A stretch of 64,000 bases of DNA, taken from Azospirillaceae bacterium (GTDB taxonomy: Bacteria; Pseudomonadota; Alphaproteobacteria; Azospirillales; Azospirillaceae). The position numbers and the translations under genes were made by a program. The stretch is taken from the NCBI GenBank assembly GCA_028283825.1, contig JAPWJW010000004.1, positions 2,292 to 66,291 on the forward strand, written 5' to 3'. The notes beneath the pieces were generated by a model that searched no databases, was not told the DNA's origin, and was given only the letters and a program-made list of their open reading frames with translations. This document shows positions 45,107 through 56,475 of this stretch, piece by piece. Position 1 is the first letter of the stretch. Every line of letters begins with the position of its first letter.

Positions 45107-46280
45107 TCAGACGGCGATGGCCGCCAGCGGGATGTCCATGGTCAGCACCAGGCCCGGCACCTGCCAATCATAGGCGTAGCGGCCCCGGAACTGCCCGGTA
45201 ATGGAACTGTCCAGCAGCCGGGTGCCGAAACCGCTGCGGGTGGGCGGGCTCTCGACCGGGGCGCCGCCGCGCTCCCGCCAGCGGAGATGCAACTGGCCGT
45301 CCCCGGTTTGCCAGTCGATGGTGACCTGGCCGCCGTCGGATGCCAGCGCGCCATACTTCACGGCGTTGGTGGCCAGTTCGTTGACCACCAGGGCCAGGGG
45401 GCTGATGGCGGCCGGCTGGCACAGCAGGGCGGGGCCATCCAGGATGAAACGCGTCGCCATCGCCGGCGACTCATGCGCACGGATGATCTGGGTGATCACG
45501 TCGGCGATATCGCGGGCGGTGGCGGCGCCATCGCGGGAGCCGACGACCGGCATGATCAGTTCGTGCGCGCCGGCCAGAGTCAACAGGCGGCCGGACAGGG
45601 TCGCGGCCATGTCCTCCTTGTCGCGGGCGTGCCTCGCGCCGAAATGGATCATCGCTCCCGCCAGGGCGAACAGGTTCTTCACCCGGTGATTCATTTCATG
45701 CGTCAGGGTCTCCTGCCGCTCCAGCGCCTGGCGCAGGCGGTCCTCCGTACGTTGGACCTTGAGCGCGATGCCGACGAAGGTGGCGAGTTCGGTGGCGACG
45801 CGGGCGTGCCCGCTGTCGAAATGGCCTTCCTCCTCCGCCACGATCCACAGTGTGCCCAGCGGCTCATCCCCATCGAGGTAGAGCGGCACCAGCAAGACCT
45901 CCGGCACGGTGATGCCGGCGTCGGCGATCCAGTCGAACATGGTTTCGGCATGGCGGGTCAGCACCGGCCCACCCTGATCCAGGGTGACGCCGCAGGGGCT
46001 GTAGTTCCGCGGCGTGGTGGCGCCATCGAAGGCGGCCAGCCGGCCGCAGACATTATGCCAGCGGAAGACGCCCGGCACCGGCGCCGGTTCATACAGGCTG
46101 AGGCCGGCGGCGGATCCGCCGGTCAGTTCCATCGCCAGCGCCACGAACTTGGGCAGGACCGCCGCCGGATGCTTCGCCATCTGGACGGACAGGTCCTGAA
46201 GCGCCAGCTTTTACTTTCAGGTAATCGGTGTCCTTGGGCGGGCGCCCGGCCAATTCGTGCGTGATGAAGACTTCGTCCAT
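45107..46280 (-). pseudogene. GAF + HWE histidine kinase with +1 frameshift at about 46213
   Basis: EMNHRVKNL, ELATNAVKYGAL, WRERGG, GFGT; removing one base joins MDEVFITHEL...DYLKEKLALQDL. Confidence 0.8.
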
Positions 46281-46448
46281 TGTCGGCGTCTGCAACAGGG
46301 GTCGCAATCGCACATCCTTTCCAAACGAAGTTTCAGGCCACCTCAAGAAGGTCGATTATAAAGGGCGGCAACTGGCCTGACCATATGTCGGAAGACCGGG
46401 AACGCTGGTGGATCTGTGCGCAAGTGCAACCGGCGCCGGCCGTTCCCA

Positions 46449-47540
46449 TCACGGCCGGGTCCGCAGCCGCGCGCCCGTTGCCGGATCGAACAGCAGCAGG
46501 TCTTCCGGCCGGAAGGTCAAGCCCACCCCCTCGCCAGCCGACAGCGGATGGCGGTCGGTGGTGAACAGTTTCAGCGGCTGGCCCGCGCCATCCGCGCCCA
46601 GATTCAAATGCACCACCTGGCCCAGGCCGGTGGGCTCCACCAGGTCGATGCGGGCGGGGATTCCCTCCGCAGGATTGGCCAGGTGCAGCCGTTCGGGGCG
46701 CAGGCCGACGGTCACGGCCGCCGCACCGTCCGGGGCCGGCACGCGGGCCAGGACGATGCCGCCCACCGCCACCGCGGCCGCGCGGCCATCGGGATCGGGC
46801 GTCAGCGTCCCGTCCAGGAAGTTCATAGGCGGCGATCCGATGAAACCCGCCACAAACAGGTTGGCGGGATCGTCGTATAATTCCGCCGGTGCCCCGATCT
46901 GCTGCGCCACGCCGCCGTTCATGGCGACGATGCGGTCGGCCATGGTCATGGCCTCGATCTGGTCGTGGGTCACATAGATGCTGGTGGCGCCCAAATCGCG
47001 ATGCAGGCGGCGGATCTCATAGCGCATCTGTTCGCGCAGGCGGGCGTCCAGGTTGGACAGCGGCTCATCGAACAGGAAGGCCTTGGGCTCACGCACGATG
47101 GCCCGGCCCATGGCCACGCGCTGGCGCTGCCCGCCCGACAGGGCCTTGGGCTTGCGTTCCAGCAGGTCGGTCAGGCCCAGCTTGGCGGCGGCCCCCTCCA
47201 CCGCCGCCTTGATGCGGTCGGCCGGCAGGCGCCGCTGTTTCAGCGCGAAGCTCATGTTCTCCCGCACCGTCATGTGGGGGTAGAGGGCGTAGGACTGAAA
47301 CACCATGGCCAGATCCCGGTCCTTGGGCGCCACCTCGTTGACCCGGCGGCCGTCGATGCGGATTTCGCCGCCCGTGATGTCCTCCAGCCCCGCGATCAGG
47401 CGCAGCAGGGTGGACTTGCCACACCCCGACGGGCCGACCAGCACGATGAATTCCCCGTCATTGATGTCCAGGTCGATGCCGCGCAGCACCGGCACGGCAC
47501 CGTAATCCTTGCGCACGTCGGTCAGGGTGATGGCGGCCAT
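46449..47540 (-). CDS. Sugar ABC transporter ATPase (MalK/UgpC family)
   Basis: [26 protein letters not shown]. Confidence 0.95.
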   Translation of the reverse strand: MAAITLTDVRKDYGAVPVLRGIDLDINDGEFIVLVGPSGCGKSTLLRLIAGLEDITGGEIRIDGRRVNEVAPKDRDLAMVFQSYALYPHMTVRENMSFALKQRRLPADRIKAAVEGAAAKLGLTDLLERKPKALSGGQRQRVAMGRAIVREPKAFLFDEPLSNLDARLREQMRYEIRRLHRDLGATSIYVTHDQIEAMTMADRIVAMNGGVAQQIGAPAELYDDPANLFVAGFIGSPPMNFLDGTLTPDPDGRAAAVAVGGIVLARVPAPDGAAAVTVGLRPERLHLANPAEGIPARIDLVEPTGLGQVVHLNLGADGAGQPLKLFTTDRHPLSAGEGVGLTFRPEDLLLFDPATGARLRTRP

Positions 47541-47548
47541 GGGATGGG

Positions 47549-48364
47549 TCAGCCTTTCACGGCGCCGGCCGTCAGGCCCTGCACCAGATAGCGTTGGATC
47601 AGGAAGAAGAACAGGCCGGCCGGCAGCAGGGCCAGCACCCCGGCCGCCATCATCTGTCCGAAATCGACCGAGAATTTGGACACGAAGCCCAGCAGCCCGG
47701 CGGGGAAGGTGCTGACCGCGGCCGATGAATTCAGCATCAGGGTGAACAGTAACTCACTCCACGCCGCGGTGAAGACGAAGCCGCCGGTGGCCGCCAGGCC
47801 CGGCAGGGTCAGGGGCAGGATGATGCGCACCACCGCGCCCAGGCGGGTGGCCCCGTCCATCATCGCCGCCTCCTCCAGGTCTTTCGGCACCGCCTCGAAG
47901 AAGGACTGCATGAGGAAGGCGGCGAAGGGCGTGTTGAAGGCGGTGTAGACCAGCACCAGCCCGGCCAGGCTGTTGGTCAGGCCCAGGGGCGCCAGCAGGC
48001 GGAAGATGGGCGCCACGATGATGACCAGGGGGAACATCTGGGTCACCAGCATCACACCCACCACCCAGGCTTTCCCCCGGAAGCGGAAACGGGAAAAGGC
48101 GTAACCGGTGGCCGAGGCCGCGGCGGTGGCGAGCAGGGCCGTGGCGGCCGACACGATCAGGCTGTTGCGGAAGAACAGCGGGAACTGGGTGCGCCGCAGG
48201 ACGTCGGTGTAATGGACCAGGGTCACACGGCTGGGCCACAGCCGCACGCCCTCGCCATACATCAAATCGTCGGGTGTGACGGACACCTTCAACATCCAGA
48301 ACAGCGGGAACAGGGCGAAGGCCAGGAAGGTGGCCAGTGCCAGATAACGGAACAGTCGGACCAT
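47549..48364 (-). CDS. Sugar ABC permease (MalG-like)
   Basis: [13 protein letters not shown] motif, TM helices. Confidence 0.92.
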   Translation of the reverse strand: MVRLFRYLALATFLAFALFPLFWMLKVSVTPDDLMYGEGVRLWPSRVTLVHYTDVLRRTQFPLFFRNSLIVSAATALLATAAASATGYAFSRFRFRGKAWVVGVMLVTQMFPLVIIVAPIFRLLAPLGLTNSLAGLVLVYTAFNTPFAAFLMQSFFEAVPKDLEEAAMMDGATRLGAVVRIILPLTLPGLAATGGFVFTAAWSELLFTLMLNSSAAVSTFPAGLLGFVSKFSVDFGQMMAAGVLALLPAGLFFFLIQRYLVQGLTAGAVKG

Positions 48365-48366
48365 CC

Positions 48367-49257
48367 TCACCCCGGTTCTGTCAGCGCGTGGCGCAGCACC
48401 ATCACCGCTGCCGCATAGGCCAGCAGCAGCACCAGCAGCACGGCGGCGACCGCCGAGGCGTAGCCGAAATCCAGGCGCTGGAACGCCAGCGAGAAGATGT
48501 AGCTGGACAGGATTTGCGTCGCATCGGCCGGGCCACCCTTGGTCATCACCACGATCAGTTCGGCGAAATTGGCCACCCACACGGTGCGCAGCATGACGGT
48601 GATGGCGATGGTGGGCGCCAGCAGGGGCAGGGTGATGCGGCGAAAGCGCAGCCAGGGCCCGGCGCCATCGATGCTGGCGGCCTCATAAATGTCCTGCGGG
48701 ATGGATTGCAACGCCGCCAGCAGGGTGATGGCGAAGAAGGGGATGCCCCACCACACATTGGCGACGATGGGGCCCCACAGCGCCAGGTGCGGGTCGGACA
48801 GGATGTTCTCCGGCCGGGCCAGTAATCCCAGACCATGCAGCCAATGGGGCAGGGTGCCGATCACCGGGTTGAACAGCCAAGCCCAGGCCAGGCCGGATAG
48901 AAAGCCCGGCACCGCCCAGGGCAGAAAGGTCAGGGCCTGCACCAGACCCCGCCCGGGGAAGGCTTGGTTCAGCAGCAGCGCCAGGGCGAGGCCCAGGCCG
49001 AATTGCAGGGCCACCGACGTGGCGGTCCAGGTGACCGTGTTGCGGAGTGCGGTCCAGAAGCCGTCGTCGTCCAGCAATTCCCGGAAATGGTCCAGGCCGA
49101 TGAAATCGCCGCTCAGGGGATCCAGCAGGATGATGTCGTGAAAGGCGTAGGACAGGCCCGTCAGCAGCGGCACCAGCATGACCGCGATGATCAGCAGCAG
49201 GGATGGCGCGGTGTAGAGATAGGGCTCAATGGCGAGCGCCAACCTGCGGCGGCTCAT
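48367..49257 (-). CDS. Sugar ABC permease (MalF-like)
   Basis: YEAASIDGA EAA motif. Confidence 0.92.
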   Translation of the reverse strand: MSRRRLALAIEPYLYTAPSLLLIIAVMLVPLLTGLSYAFHDIILLDPLSGDFIGLDHFRELLDDDGFWTALRNTVTWTATSVALQFGLGLALALLLNQAFPGRGLVQALTFLPWAVPGFLSGLAWAWLFNPVIGTLPHWLHGLGLLARPENILSDPHLALWGPIVANVWWGIPFFAITLLAALQSIPQDIYEAASIDGAGPWLRFRRITLPLLAPTIAITVMLRTVWVANFAELIVVMTKGGPADATQILSSYIFSLAFQRLDFGYASAVAAVLLVLLLAYAAAVMVLRHALTEPG

Positions 49258-50516
49258 TGCACGCCCTCCGCCTGTTTGCGGCGGGATTTGTTCAGGTAGG
49301 CCGCCCACTGCTTGTTCATGGTCAGGGGGGCGATCTGGCCCAGCAGCGCCTGCTGGCTGCTGCGCACCACCAGGCTGTCGGCGAAATAGGCGAAGCCGGG
49401 CAGGCCGGTGGGCATCAGGGTCGGCACCACGTCGGGATCGGCCAGTTCCGCGAACCAGCCCTGATAGATGGTGCCGCTGTACTGCGGATCGTGTGCGGCG
49501 GCGGTATAGACCGGCAGGGCGCCGGTGCGCTTGTTCCAGGCCAGGTTGCCGGCGGGGCCGTTCAGCGCCACCACCAGATCCCAGGCCAGTTCCTTGTGTT
49601 CGGACTTCTTGAAGATGGACCAGCCGGCATAGCCCAGCGTGGGATAGGCCTTGCTGTTGGGGCCCTTGGGCCAGGGCGCCACGCCAAAATCCTCGGGCTT
49701 CATGCGTTGCTTCAAGGCGATCAGGGCATCGGGATCCTGGTCCACCATGGCGCAGGCGCCGGTGTAGAAACCGGCCACCACCTCGTTGAAGCCCCAGTTG
49801 ACGCTGTCGCGCGGCGCCAGGCCATCCTTGTACAGGTCGATCAGCCAGGTGGTGCCGGCGACCCAACCGGGGTCGGTCAGGGTACTGGTGCCGTCCTCAT
49901 GGAAGAAATCGTTGCTGCCGGCGATGCTGGCCCCGAACATGACCCAGCCGTTCAGGCCGCCAGGGCCCCCGCGCAGGCAATAGCCGGACTTGCCTGGCAG
50001 CTGCGCGATGCGGGCGGCGTCGGCCCGCAATTCGTCCAGGGTCCTGGGCGGCTCATTGAGGCCGGCCTGGCGGAACACCGCCTTGTTGTAATACAGCGCC
50101 CGCAGGTAAAAACCGTAGGGCAGCATATAGGGCCGGTCGCCCACTGTGCGCGCCACCGCCAGCGCGCGCTCGTTCAGCCCCTGGGCGTCGGGCCAGCGGG
50201 CCAGGTAGGCCGACAAATCCTCCAACTGGCCGTTGCCGGCGTAGAGGGACAGCCAGCGGTCCGGCATCTCCACCACGTCGGGAATGTCGCCGGCCGCCAC
50301 CATGGTGGCCAGCTTCTCGAACGCCGATCCCCAAGACAGCGATGTCACCTCCACATGCGTGCCCGGGTGTGCGGCCTCATACCCCGCCACCAGTTCCTTT
50401 AGCGTCTCCGTCCGCTCCGGACTGCTCAGCACCTCCACCAGCCGCAGCGTAGTGTCGGCGCGGGCCGGTGTGGATGCCAGCAATGCCAGAATGAGAAGGG
50501 CGGCGCGTTTCGGCAT
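49254..50516 (-). CDS. Sugar ABC substrate-binding protein
   Basis: Signal peptide, AGDIPDVV, LYYNKAVF. Confidence 0.9.
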   Translation of the reverse strand: MPKRAALLILALLASTPARADTTLRLVEVLSSPERTETLKELVAGYEAAHPGTHVEVTSLSWGSAFEKLATMVAAGDIPDVVEMPDRWLSLYAGNGQLEDLSAYLARWPDAQGLNERALAVARTVGDRPYMLPYGFYLRALYYNKAVFRQAGLNEPPRTLDELRADAARIAQLPGKSGYCLRGGPGGLNGWVMFGASIAGSNDFFHEDGTSTLTDPGWVAGTTWLIDLYKDGLAPRDSVNWGFNEVVAGFYTGACAMVDQDPDALIALKQRMKPEDFGVAPWPKGPNSKAYPTLGYAGWSIFKKSEHKELAWDLVVALNGPAGNLAWNKRTGALPVYTAAAHDPQYSGTIYQGWFAELADPDVVPTLMPTGLPGFAYFADSLVVRSSQQALLGQIAPLTMNKQWAAYLNKSRRKQAEGVQ

Positions 50517-51721
50517 CAGGTCGCCTTGCCCGCGACGGCGAAGGCCCGCGCCAAGTCGGCCCACAGCGCCTCCGTCCCCTCCAGCCCGACATGCAGGCGT
50601 ACCATGTTGGTCGGCACGCCGAAATCGATGGCGGAGTTGGGGCCGGCCGCCTGCACATGGGTCACCAGCGCCGGCACCACCAGGCTTTCATGCCCGCCCC
50701 AGCTGACGCCCAGCTGGAACAGGGTCAGCGCGTCGCAGAAGGCCGGGATGTCGACGCTGCCGTCCACGGTGAAGGAGAACAGGCCCGACGTGCCGGTCAG
50801 CCCCGGCGGCAGGGCGCCCATCAGGGCCGGGTGGTGGACAGCCGTCACCTGCGGCAGTTCCGCCAGCCGCCGCGCCAGGGTTAGGGCCGACGCCTCATGC
50901 GCCTGCATGCGGACAGGCAGGGTGCGCAGGCCGCGCAGCAGCAGCCAGGCCTCAAATGGCCCCAGCTTGGCGCCGATATAGGGGCAGATGGTACGCCGGA
51001 TCTGGGCCACCAGGTCGCCCCGGCCCGCCACCACGCCCGCCACCGTGTCGCTGTGCCCGCCGATGTATTTGGAGGCGGAGTGCAGCACCAGGTCCACGCC
51101 CAAGGTGGCCGGCCGCTGGAACACCGGTGTCGCCCAGGAATTGTCGATCATGCTGATCGCGCCGTGCTTCCTGGCCAGGGCCGCCAGGGCGGCCACGTCG
51201 TGCGCCTCCATCATCCAGCTGTTGGGGCTTTCCAGGTACAACACGCGGGCGCCAGGCAATGCCGCTTCCACGGCGGCCAAATCGGCGCCGTCCACATACT
51301 CCGTGGTCACACCCCACTTCTTCAGCAGGGTTTCGAACAGGCGGTAGGCGTCGGGGTAGACATGGCGGACGCAGACGATGCGGTCACCCGGTTGCACGAA
51401 GGCCAGGACGGCGCCGGAAATGGCCGCCATGCCGCTGGGGAAACCGATGGCGTCGTCCGCCTCTTCCAACGCCGCCATCTTCTGTTCGAACAGGGCGACG
51501 GTGGGGTTGGTGGTGCGGGAATAGACGTTGCGCGACCGCTTGCCGGCATAGGTGTCCGCCATTTCCTGGAAGCTGGAAAAGGTGAACAGCGAGGTCTGGA
51601 CGATGCCGGGCACCACCGCTTCATAGGCGTGCACGCCTTCGTCATGCGCGACGATGCGGCGGGCGCGCTCAACGGGGTTCTCAGCCGGATCGGGGGAAAG
51701 CGCGTCAGGGAATTCAGTCAT
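50516..51721 (-). CDS. Cys/Met-metabolism PLP-dependent enzyme
   Basis: YSRTTNPT, SGMAAI, DNSWATP, HSASKYIGGHSD, VSWGGHESL. Confidence 0.9.
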   Translation of the reverse strand: MTEFPDALSPDPAENPVERARRIVAHDEGVHAYEAVVPGIVQTSLFTFSSFQEMADTYAGKRSRNVYSRTTNPTVALFEQKMAALEEADDAIGFPSGMAAISGAVLAFVQPGDRIVCVRHVYPDAYRLFETLLKKWGVTTEYVDGADLAAVEAALPGARVLYLESPNSWMMEAHDVAALAALARKHGAISMIDNSWATPVFQRPATLGVDLVLHSASKYIGGHSDTVAGVVAGRGDLVAQIRRTICPYIGAKLGPFEAWLLLRGLRTLPVRMQAHEASALTLARRLAELPQVTAVHHPALMGALPPGLTGTSGLFSFTVDGSVDIPAFCDALTLFQLGVSWGGHESLVVPALVTHVQAAGPNSAIDFGVPTNMVRLHVGLEGTEALWADLARAFAVAGKAT

Positions 51722-52458
51722 CGGGACATGGCCTTAATGTCTTCTTCGACGATGGCGAGGATGGCCAGCGTCTTGTCACGGGCGGCCGCGGCGTCGCCGG
51801 CGCGGATGGCGTCGAACAGCTCGCGGTGCAGGGCGAAGGACCGGCCGGCGAAATCGGGCCGGTCAAACGGCTTCTCGAAGAAATGCTCGAAGGTCTCGCG
51901 GATCTGTTCCAGCAGCTGGCGGAACAGCGGGTTGTGGGTGGCGTCATAGATCGCCAGGTGGAATTCCAGATCCTCCGGCCCGGCCGTGCCCTGCGTCAGG
52001 TGCACCGCCTCCATCGCCACCAGTTTCTCTTCCATGTGACCGATGTCGGCCGGCGTCGCCTTGGCCGCCGCCACCTCACTGGCCGCGACCTCCAGCCCCC
52101 GCCGGATCTCCAGCGTCTGCAATAGCCGGTCGCGCAGTTGCCCCGCCGCGTCGATGGTCAGCGACACATGCACCGCGTCAGCCGACACCGCGCGCAGCAG
52201 ATAGGTACCACTGCCTTGCCGCGTCTCCACCAGCCCCAGGGCCTGGAACTGCCGGATGACCTCCCGCACCGTGGACCGCCCCACCCCCAGCGCCACCATC
52301 AACGCCCGCTCCGTCGGCAACCGGTCGCCGGGATTCAGCGCACCTTGCGCGATGAACGCCGCCAGCGCCTTGGTCACGCCGGCAAGGCGGTCGGCACCGG
52401 ACAATGGCCGCAACGCGGCGCTGGAGAGGGGAAGGGCGGAGGCCGGCTGGGGAACCAC
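51718..52458 (-). CDS. GntR/FadR-family regulator
   Basis: RLPTER...GVGRSTVRE, FCD domain. Confidence 0.9.
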   Translation of the reverse strand: MVPQPASALPLSSAALRPLSGADRLAGVTKALAAFIAQGALNPGDRLPTERALMVALGVGRSTVREVIRQFQALGLVETRQGSGTYLLRAVSADAVHVSLTIDAAGQLRDRLLQTLEIRRGLEVAASEVAAAKATPADIGHMEEKLVAMEAVHLTQGTAGPEDLEFHLAIYDATHNPLFRQLLEQIRETFEHFFEKPFDRPDFAGRSFALHRELFDAIRAGDAAAARDKTLAILAIVEEDIKAMSR

Positions 52459-52511
52459 GGCACCTCGGGGTTAGGGCTCCAGGCTGGGCGCTGTCCCGAC
52501 GCCGCCTGGAA

Positions 52512-52557
52512 ATTGGTCTGATGACTTGATGTTGATTGGCGCCGCGGCCGGTGTCAA
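52512..52557 (-). promoter_or_regulatory. Promoter and FadR-type operator of gntR operon
   Basis: TTGACA-N17-CAACAT on minus strand; TTGGTCTGATGACT over the predicted start. Confidence 0.5.
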
Positions 52558-52570
52558 GGCGTCGGCTTGA

Positions 52571-53107
52571 TCATTCGCCCATGGATTTCCGCACCGTTTC
52601 GGCGCTGATCAACATCCGGTTGGCTTGGCTTGGAAGATCGACGAAGCCCAATTTTCGGTAGAAGTCGGCGGTTTTCGCATCGATGGCATCCAACACAATG
52701 AACTTGCCGCCGATCTGGTCGATGACCTTCATGCACAGGCCGAGGAAATGGGACATCAGCTTGCGCCCAAGTCCTTTGTTCGCCGCGCTCTTATCCACCC
52801 CGACCACCGCGAGATAGATCGCGCCCACGGTGTCACTCCGGCCCAATTTCTTCTGTATTTCCGGCGGCAGGGCATCGACCGCGATCGCGTGGGGGCGGAG
52901 GGTGTAGAAGCCAATGACCTTGACGGTTCCGGCCATCACCGCGACATAGGTCTTGGACTGGTCGTCCTGATGGTGCCGGCCGGCCGTGCTGATCAGGAAA
53001 TTGTTGACCTTGGTCACGCCTGAATCGAAGGCCGCCCGATCATGCTTGTGGCGATCCAGCGGCTCAATGTTCAGTGTCTTGAGGAAGGCCTTATCAAGAG
53101 CCGGCAA
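52571..53107 (-). CDS. GNAT acetyltransferase toxin (TacT/AtaT-like)
   Basis: HDRAAFDSG, GFYTL, GVDK...GLG, DFYRKLGF; overlaps antitoxin. Confidence 0.88.
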   Translation of the reverse strand: MPALDKAFLKTLNIEPLDRHKHDRAAFDSGVTKVNNFLISTAGRHHQDDQSKTYVAVMAGTVKVIGFYTLRPHAIAVDALPPEIQKKLGRSDTVGAIYLAVVGVDKSAANKGLGRKLMSHFLGLCMKVIDQIGGKFIVLDAIDAKTADFYRKLGFVDLPSQANRMLISAETVRKSMGE

Positions 53108-53402
53108 CGGCGGTCTCTTCGTCCAAAGCCATCAGGTCGCGCAAGGCCTGGCTGGGTTCGGTATTCTCCAAGGCCCGGACGAAGGCTGCGCAATCCTCAG
53201 GGGTCAATAGTCGCGTGCTCTCGACCTTGCTGAGGGTCTCGCGCGCAGCCCATGCGGCGCTGCTCACCACGAATTCCGATGGGCTGATTCCCAGTTGGGC
53301 GGCCGCATCTTCGATCAGCGATTTGATCTCAGGCAACGTACGCTGCTCCATCCTCGCGGTAGCGCGTGCGGGGGACCGTGGATACGTCTTGAAAGGCAGC
53401 AT
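53094..53402 (-). CDS. DUF1778 RHH antitoxin (TacA/AtaR-like)
   Basis: RMEQR...IEDAAA..G.S.SEFV; imperfect IR ATGTACGG/CCGGACAT at 53457-53478. Confidence 0.85.
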   Translation of the reverse strand: MLPFKTYPRSPARATARMEQRTLPEIKSLIEDAAAQLGISPSEFVVSSAAWAARETLSKVESTRLLTPEDCAAFVRALENTEPSQALRDLMALDEETAVAGS

Positions 53403-53565
53403 GAAGAATCTCCCACCGCTGTCGCCGATAAACGAGCGAGCGTCAGATAGGAAATTATGTACGGTAGTCGCCGGACATGTTCAATGGTGTGAAATGAGTT
53501 TCGGTCATCCCGAAACCAAAAGGGGAGGTCGGCCCCGTCCGAGGCCGGCCCTCCCACTCGCATCC

Positions 53566-56269
53566 TCACATCTTATACCGCACCCCCAATTGGAACGTGC
53601 GATCCGAGCGGTCCGTATCGCGCGGATAGTACGCCGCGTTGGTGAAATAGTTCTGGCTGACGGTGCCGGTCAAATTGTCGATGTCCAGGGTGAAGGTCAG
53701 GCCGGGGATGGCCTCATAGCTGGCGGACAGGCCCAAATCGCCGTAGGGCTTGGACATGATGGTTTGGGGCTGCAGGCCGCCGGCGTTGAAGGCGATGACG
53801 TAGCTGCTGCGCCAGTTGTAGGCCAGGCGGAAGGAGTAGGGCCCGCGCTCGTACATGCCCACCACGTTGAAGGAGTAGCGTGAGACGTTGGCCAGGGCCT
53901 GCTGCACCGGGGTGCCGCCCACGCTGGCCGGTGACATGGTGTAGCTGTCGATGTAGGTGCCGTTGATCTGGGTGCCGATGCCGCGCAGCCAGTCGGGCAG
54001 GAAGTCGTAGAACTGCTGATAGCCCAGTTCCACGCCCTGTAGCATGCCGCTGCCGCTGCTTTCCGGCACGCTGACCAGATAGCTGACGTTGTTCACCGTC
54101 TCCGCCACGCCATAGGTCTGGATGTAACCCTTGATGTCGCGGTGGAACAGGGTGGCGGTGGCGCTGCCGCCGGGGGCGAAGAACCATTCCAGCGCCGTAT
54201 CCACGTTGGTGGACGGTGATGGGCGCCAGGTGGGCGTTGCCGCTGGTGCCGGTGCCGATCAGCGTCGGGCCCGGCGAGTTCAGGCTGAGCGAGGGGTTGA
54301 GGGAGGAGAAGTCGGGGAAGGTCACCGTCTTGCCGGCCGACACGCGGAAGAACAGGGTGTCGGTCAGCCCGATCTTGCCGTTGAAGCTGGGCAGGCCGTT
54401 GAAATAGTCCGGCTTGCTGTTCACGCGCTGCGGCGTGGCCCCGGTGGCGATGGTGCCGGTGCTGTCGGGCACCAGTTCATAGCCGGTGATGCTCTCGTTG
54501 GTGGCGACGAAACGCATGCCGAAATCACCGGTGACGGGGAAGCCCGCCAGGTCGAAGGCGTAGTCGGCCTTCACGTAACCGGCGTAGCTGTCCTGCTGCG
54601 CCTTGAAATACTTGGTGGGGTCGAAGGCCTGTTTGCCCGCCGGCATGTTGAACAGGGCGCGGATCTCATCCGCGTGGCTGAACAGGTAGGATGAGCTGGC
54701 GTTGTACCACTGGGTCACGGCCAGGTCGCGGTCGCCACTGAGGAAGCCCGCCGGCGACAGGGTGCCGAAGCCGGGCAGGCTGGCGGCCGAGATGGCGGAA
54801 CCGGCGGGGGCGGCGATGCCGTTGCCGTTGGTGGCCTGGCTTTCGGCGTCACGGCTGGCCAGGCGGAAACCGGCGGTGACATTGGTCAGGAAGGGCAGGT
54901 GGGTGGCGTAACTGGCGTCGGCACGATAGGCCAGCTCGTTACCCGTCTGGACGACGTAATTGTCGAACAGCTGGTTCAGGTAGTAGTTGGCTGGGTTCTT
55001 CAGGTCCACGCCGCTGATGACGGAATTGGGCGTGCCGTTGCTGAGGAAGTCCACAGAGTATGTCGGCGCGTTGAAGCGCGTGTCGACGATCAGGTCTTCC
55101 TGGGTGTACTTGCTGTGGGTGTAGGCCAGATCGGACGTGATCTTCAGGTTGGCCGTGGGCGTCCACTTGGTGCCGGTGGCGATCTGGACGGTGTTGGTGT
55201 GGTCGCGGTAGGCCTGATCGCTGGTCAGGGTGAAGTTGTTCAGCGAACTCAGGCTGGCGACCTCGTTGGTGCCGGGGATCAGGGTGTAGGATTGCAGGGC
55301 GCCGGCACCGGGGATGCCGATGAAGTATTCCGCCGATTGGTCCAACTGGAAGTCGCTGTCGGAGGCATCGACATAGAATTCCAGGTCGTTGTTGGGCTTC
55401 CACTGGCCGGAGAAGTTGGCGCCGATGCGCTGCCGGTCGCCCAGGTTGGCGATGTCGCCGGTGGTCTGCGGAATCTGGATGGCCTGGCCCGTCGCCGGGT
55501 TGATGGCGGCGTTGGCGATGGAGACGTAGTTGAACGCCGTCTCATCCAGATAGCGCCGCTTTTGATAAGAGACGGAGACCAGGGCGCCGACCTCGCCGAT
55601 GCCGGTGTTCCAGCGGTCGCTGACCAGGACGCTGGCGTTGGGGTCGATGTCGCCGCGCTGGTCGCCGTAGACGCCCCGGGCGCTGCCCGCCACCTCCAGC
55701 CCGTCGAAATCGAACGGCCGGCGCAGGCGGATGTTGATGGTGCCGGCGATGCCGCCCTCCAGCTGTTCCGGCGACAGGGTCTTGAACACGTCCAGGCCGG
55801 AGACCAGCTCGGCCGGGATGTCGGACAGGGCGACCGAGCGGCCGACGCCGGTGAAGATGTCGCGGCCGTCGATCTCCGTCGTCACGTTGGGCAGGCCGCG
55901 CACCAGGACGGAACTGGCCTCACCCGCCGCCCGGGTGATCTGCACGCCGGTGATGCGTTGCAGGGCGTCGCCCACGGTGTTGTCGGGGAACTTGCCGATA
56001 TCCTCCGCCACGATGCTGTCCACGATCTGGGTGGAGTTCATGCGGATTTCCTGGGCGGATTGCAGGCTGGCCCGCATGCCCACCACCACGATCTCGTTCA
56101 GGCCGTCGTCGGTCGTTGGCGCGCCCGCCTGCGCCACGGCGTCGGCCGCGTTGGGGGTGGCGGCCGGTGCCGGCGCGGCTGTCTGCTGCGCCCAGGCGGC
56201 AGGTGACAGGCCGGCGCCCAGCAGGGCGACCATAGCCACGGAATACGGCAGGCGTCGACGGATGCTCAT
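53566..56269 (-). pseudogene. TonB-dependent receptor with +1 frameshift at about 54215
   Basis: EIVVVG, DSIVAEDIGKFPD, GGIAGTINIR, terminal LGVRYKM; one-base removal gives 900 aa. Confidence 0.88.
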
Positions 56270-56475
56270 TATTACCCTCCCATGATTTTTCGGTTTTAAG
56301 GGCGCGCAAAGGGGCGCCCGGCGCCCATACGGGGGCGCCGTGGTTTTGTCAGGCTCGGATTTTCAAGGCATGACTTCAGGTACTGAACGCGAAAACAGGC
56401 GCAGGCGGTACCAGGCGTACTTTTTTACTTAAGGCCCGGGCGGGCGTCCCCCGCCCGCCCGGACGGGATGCGTAC

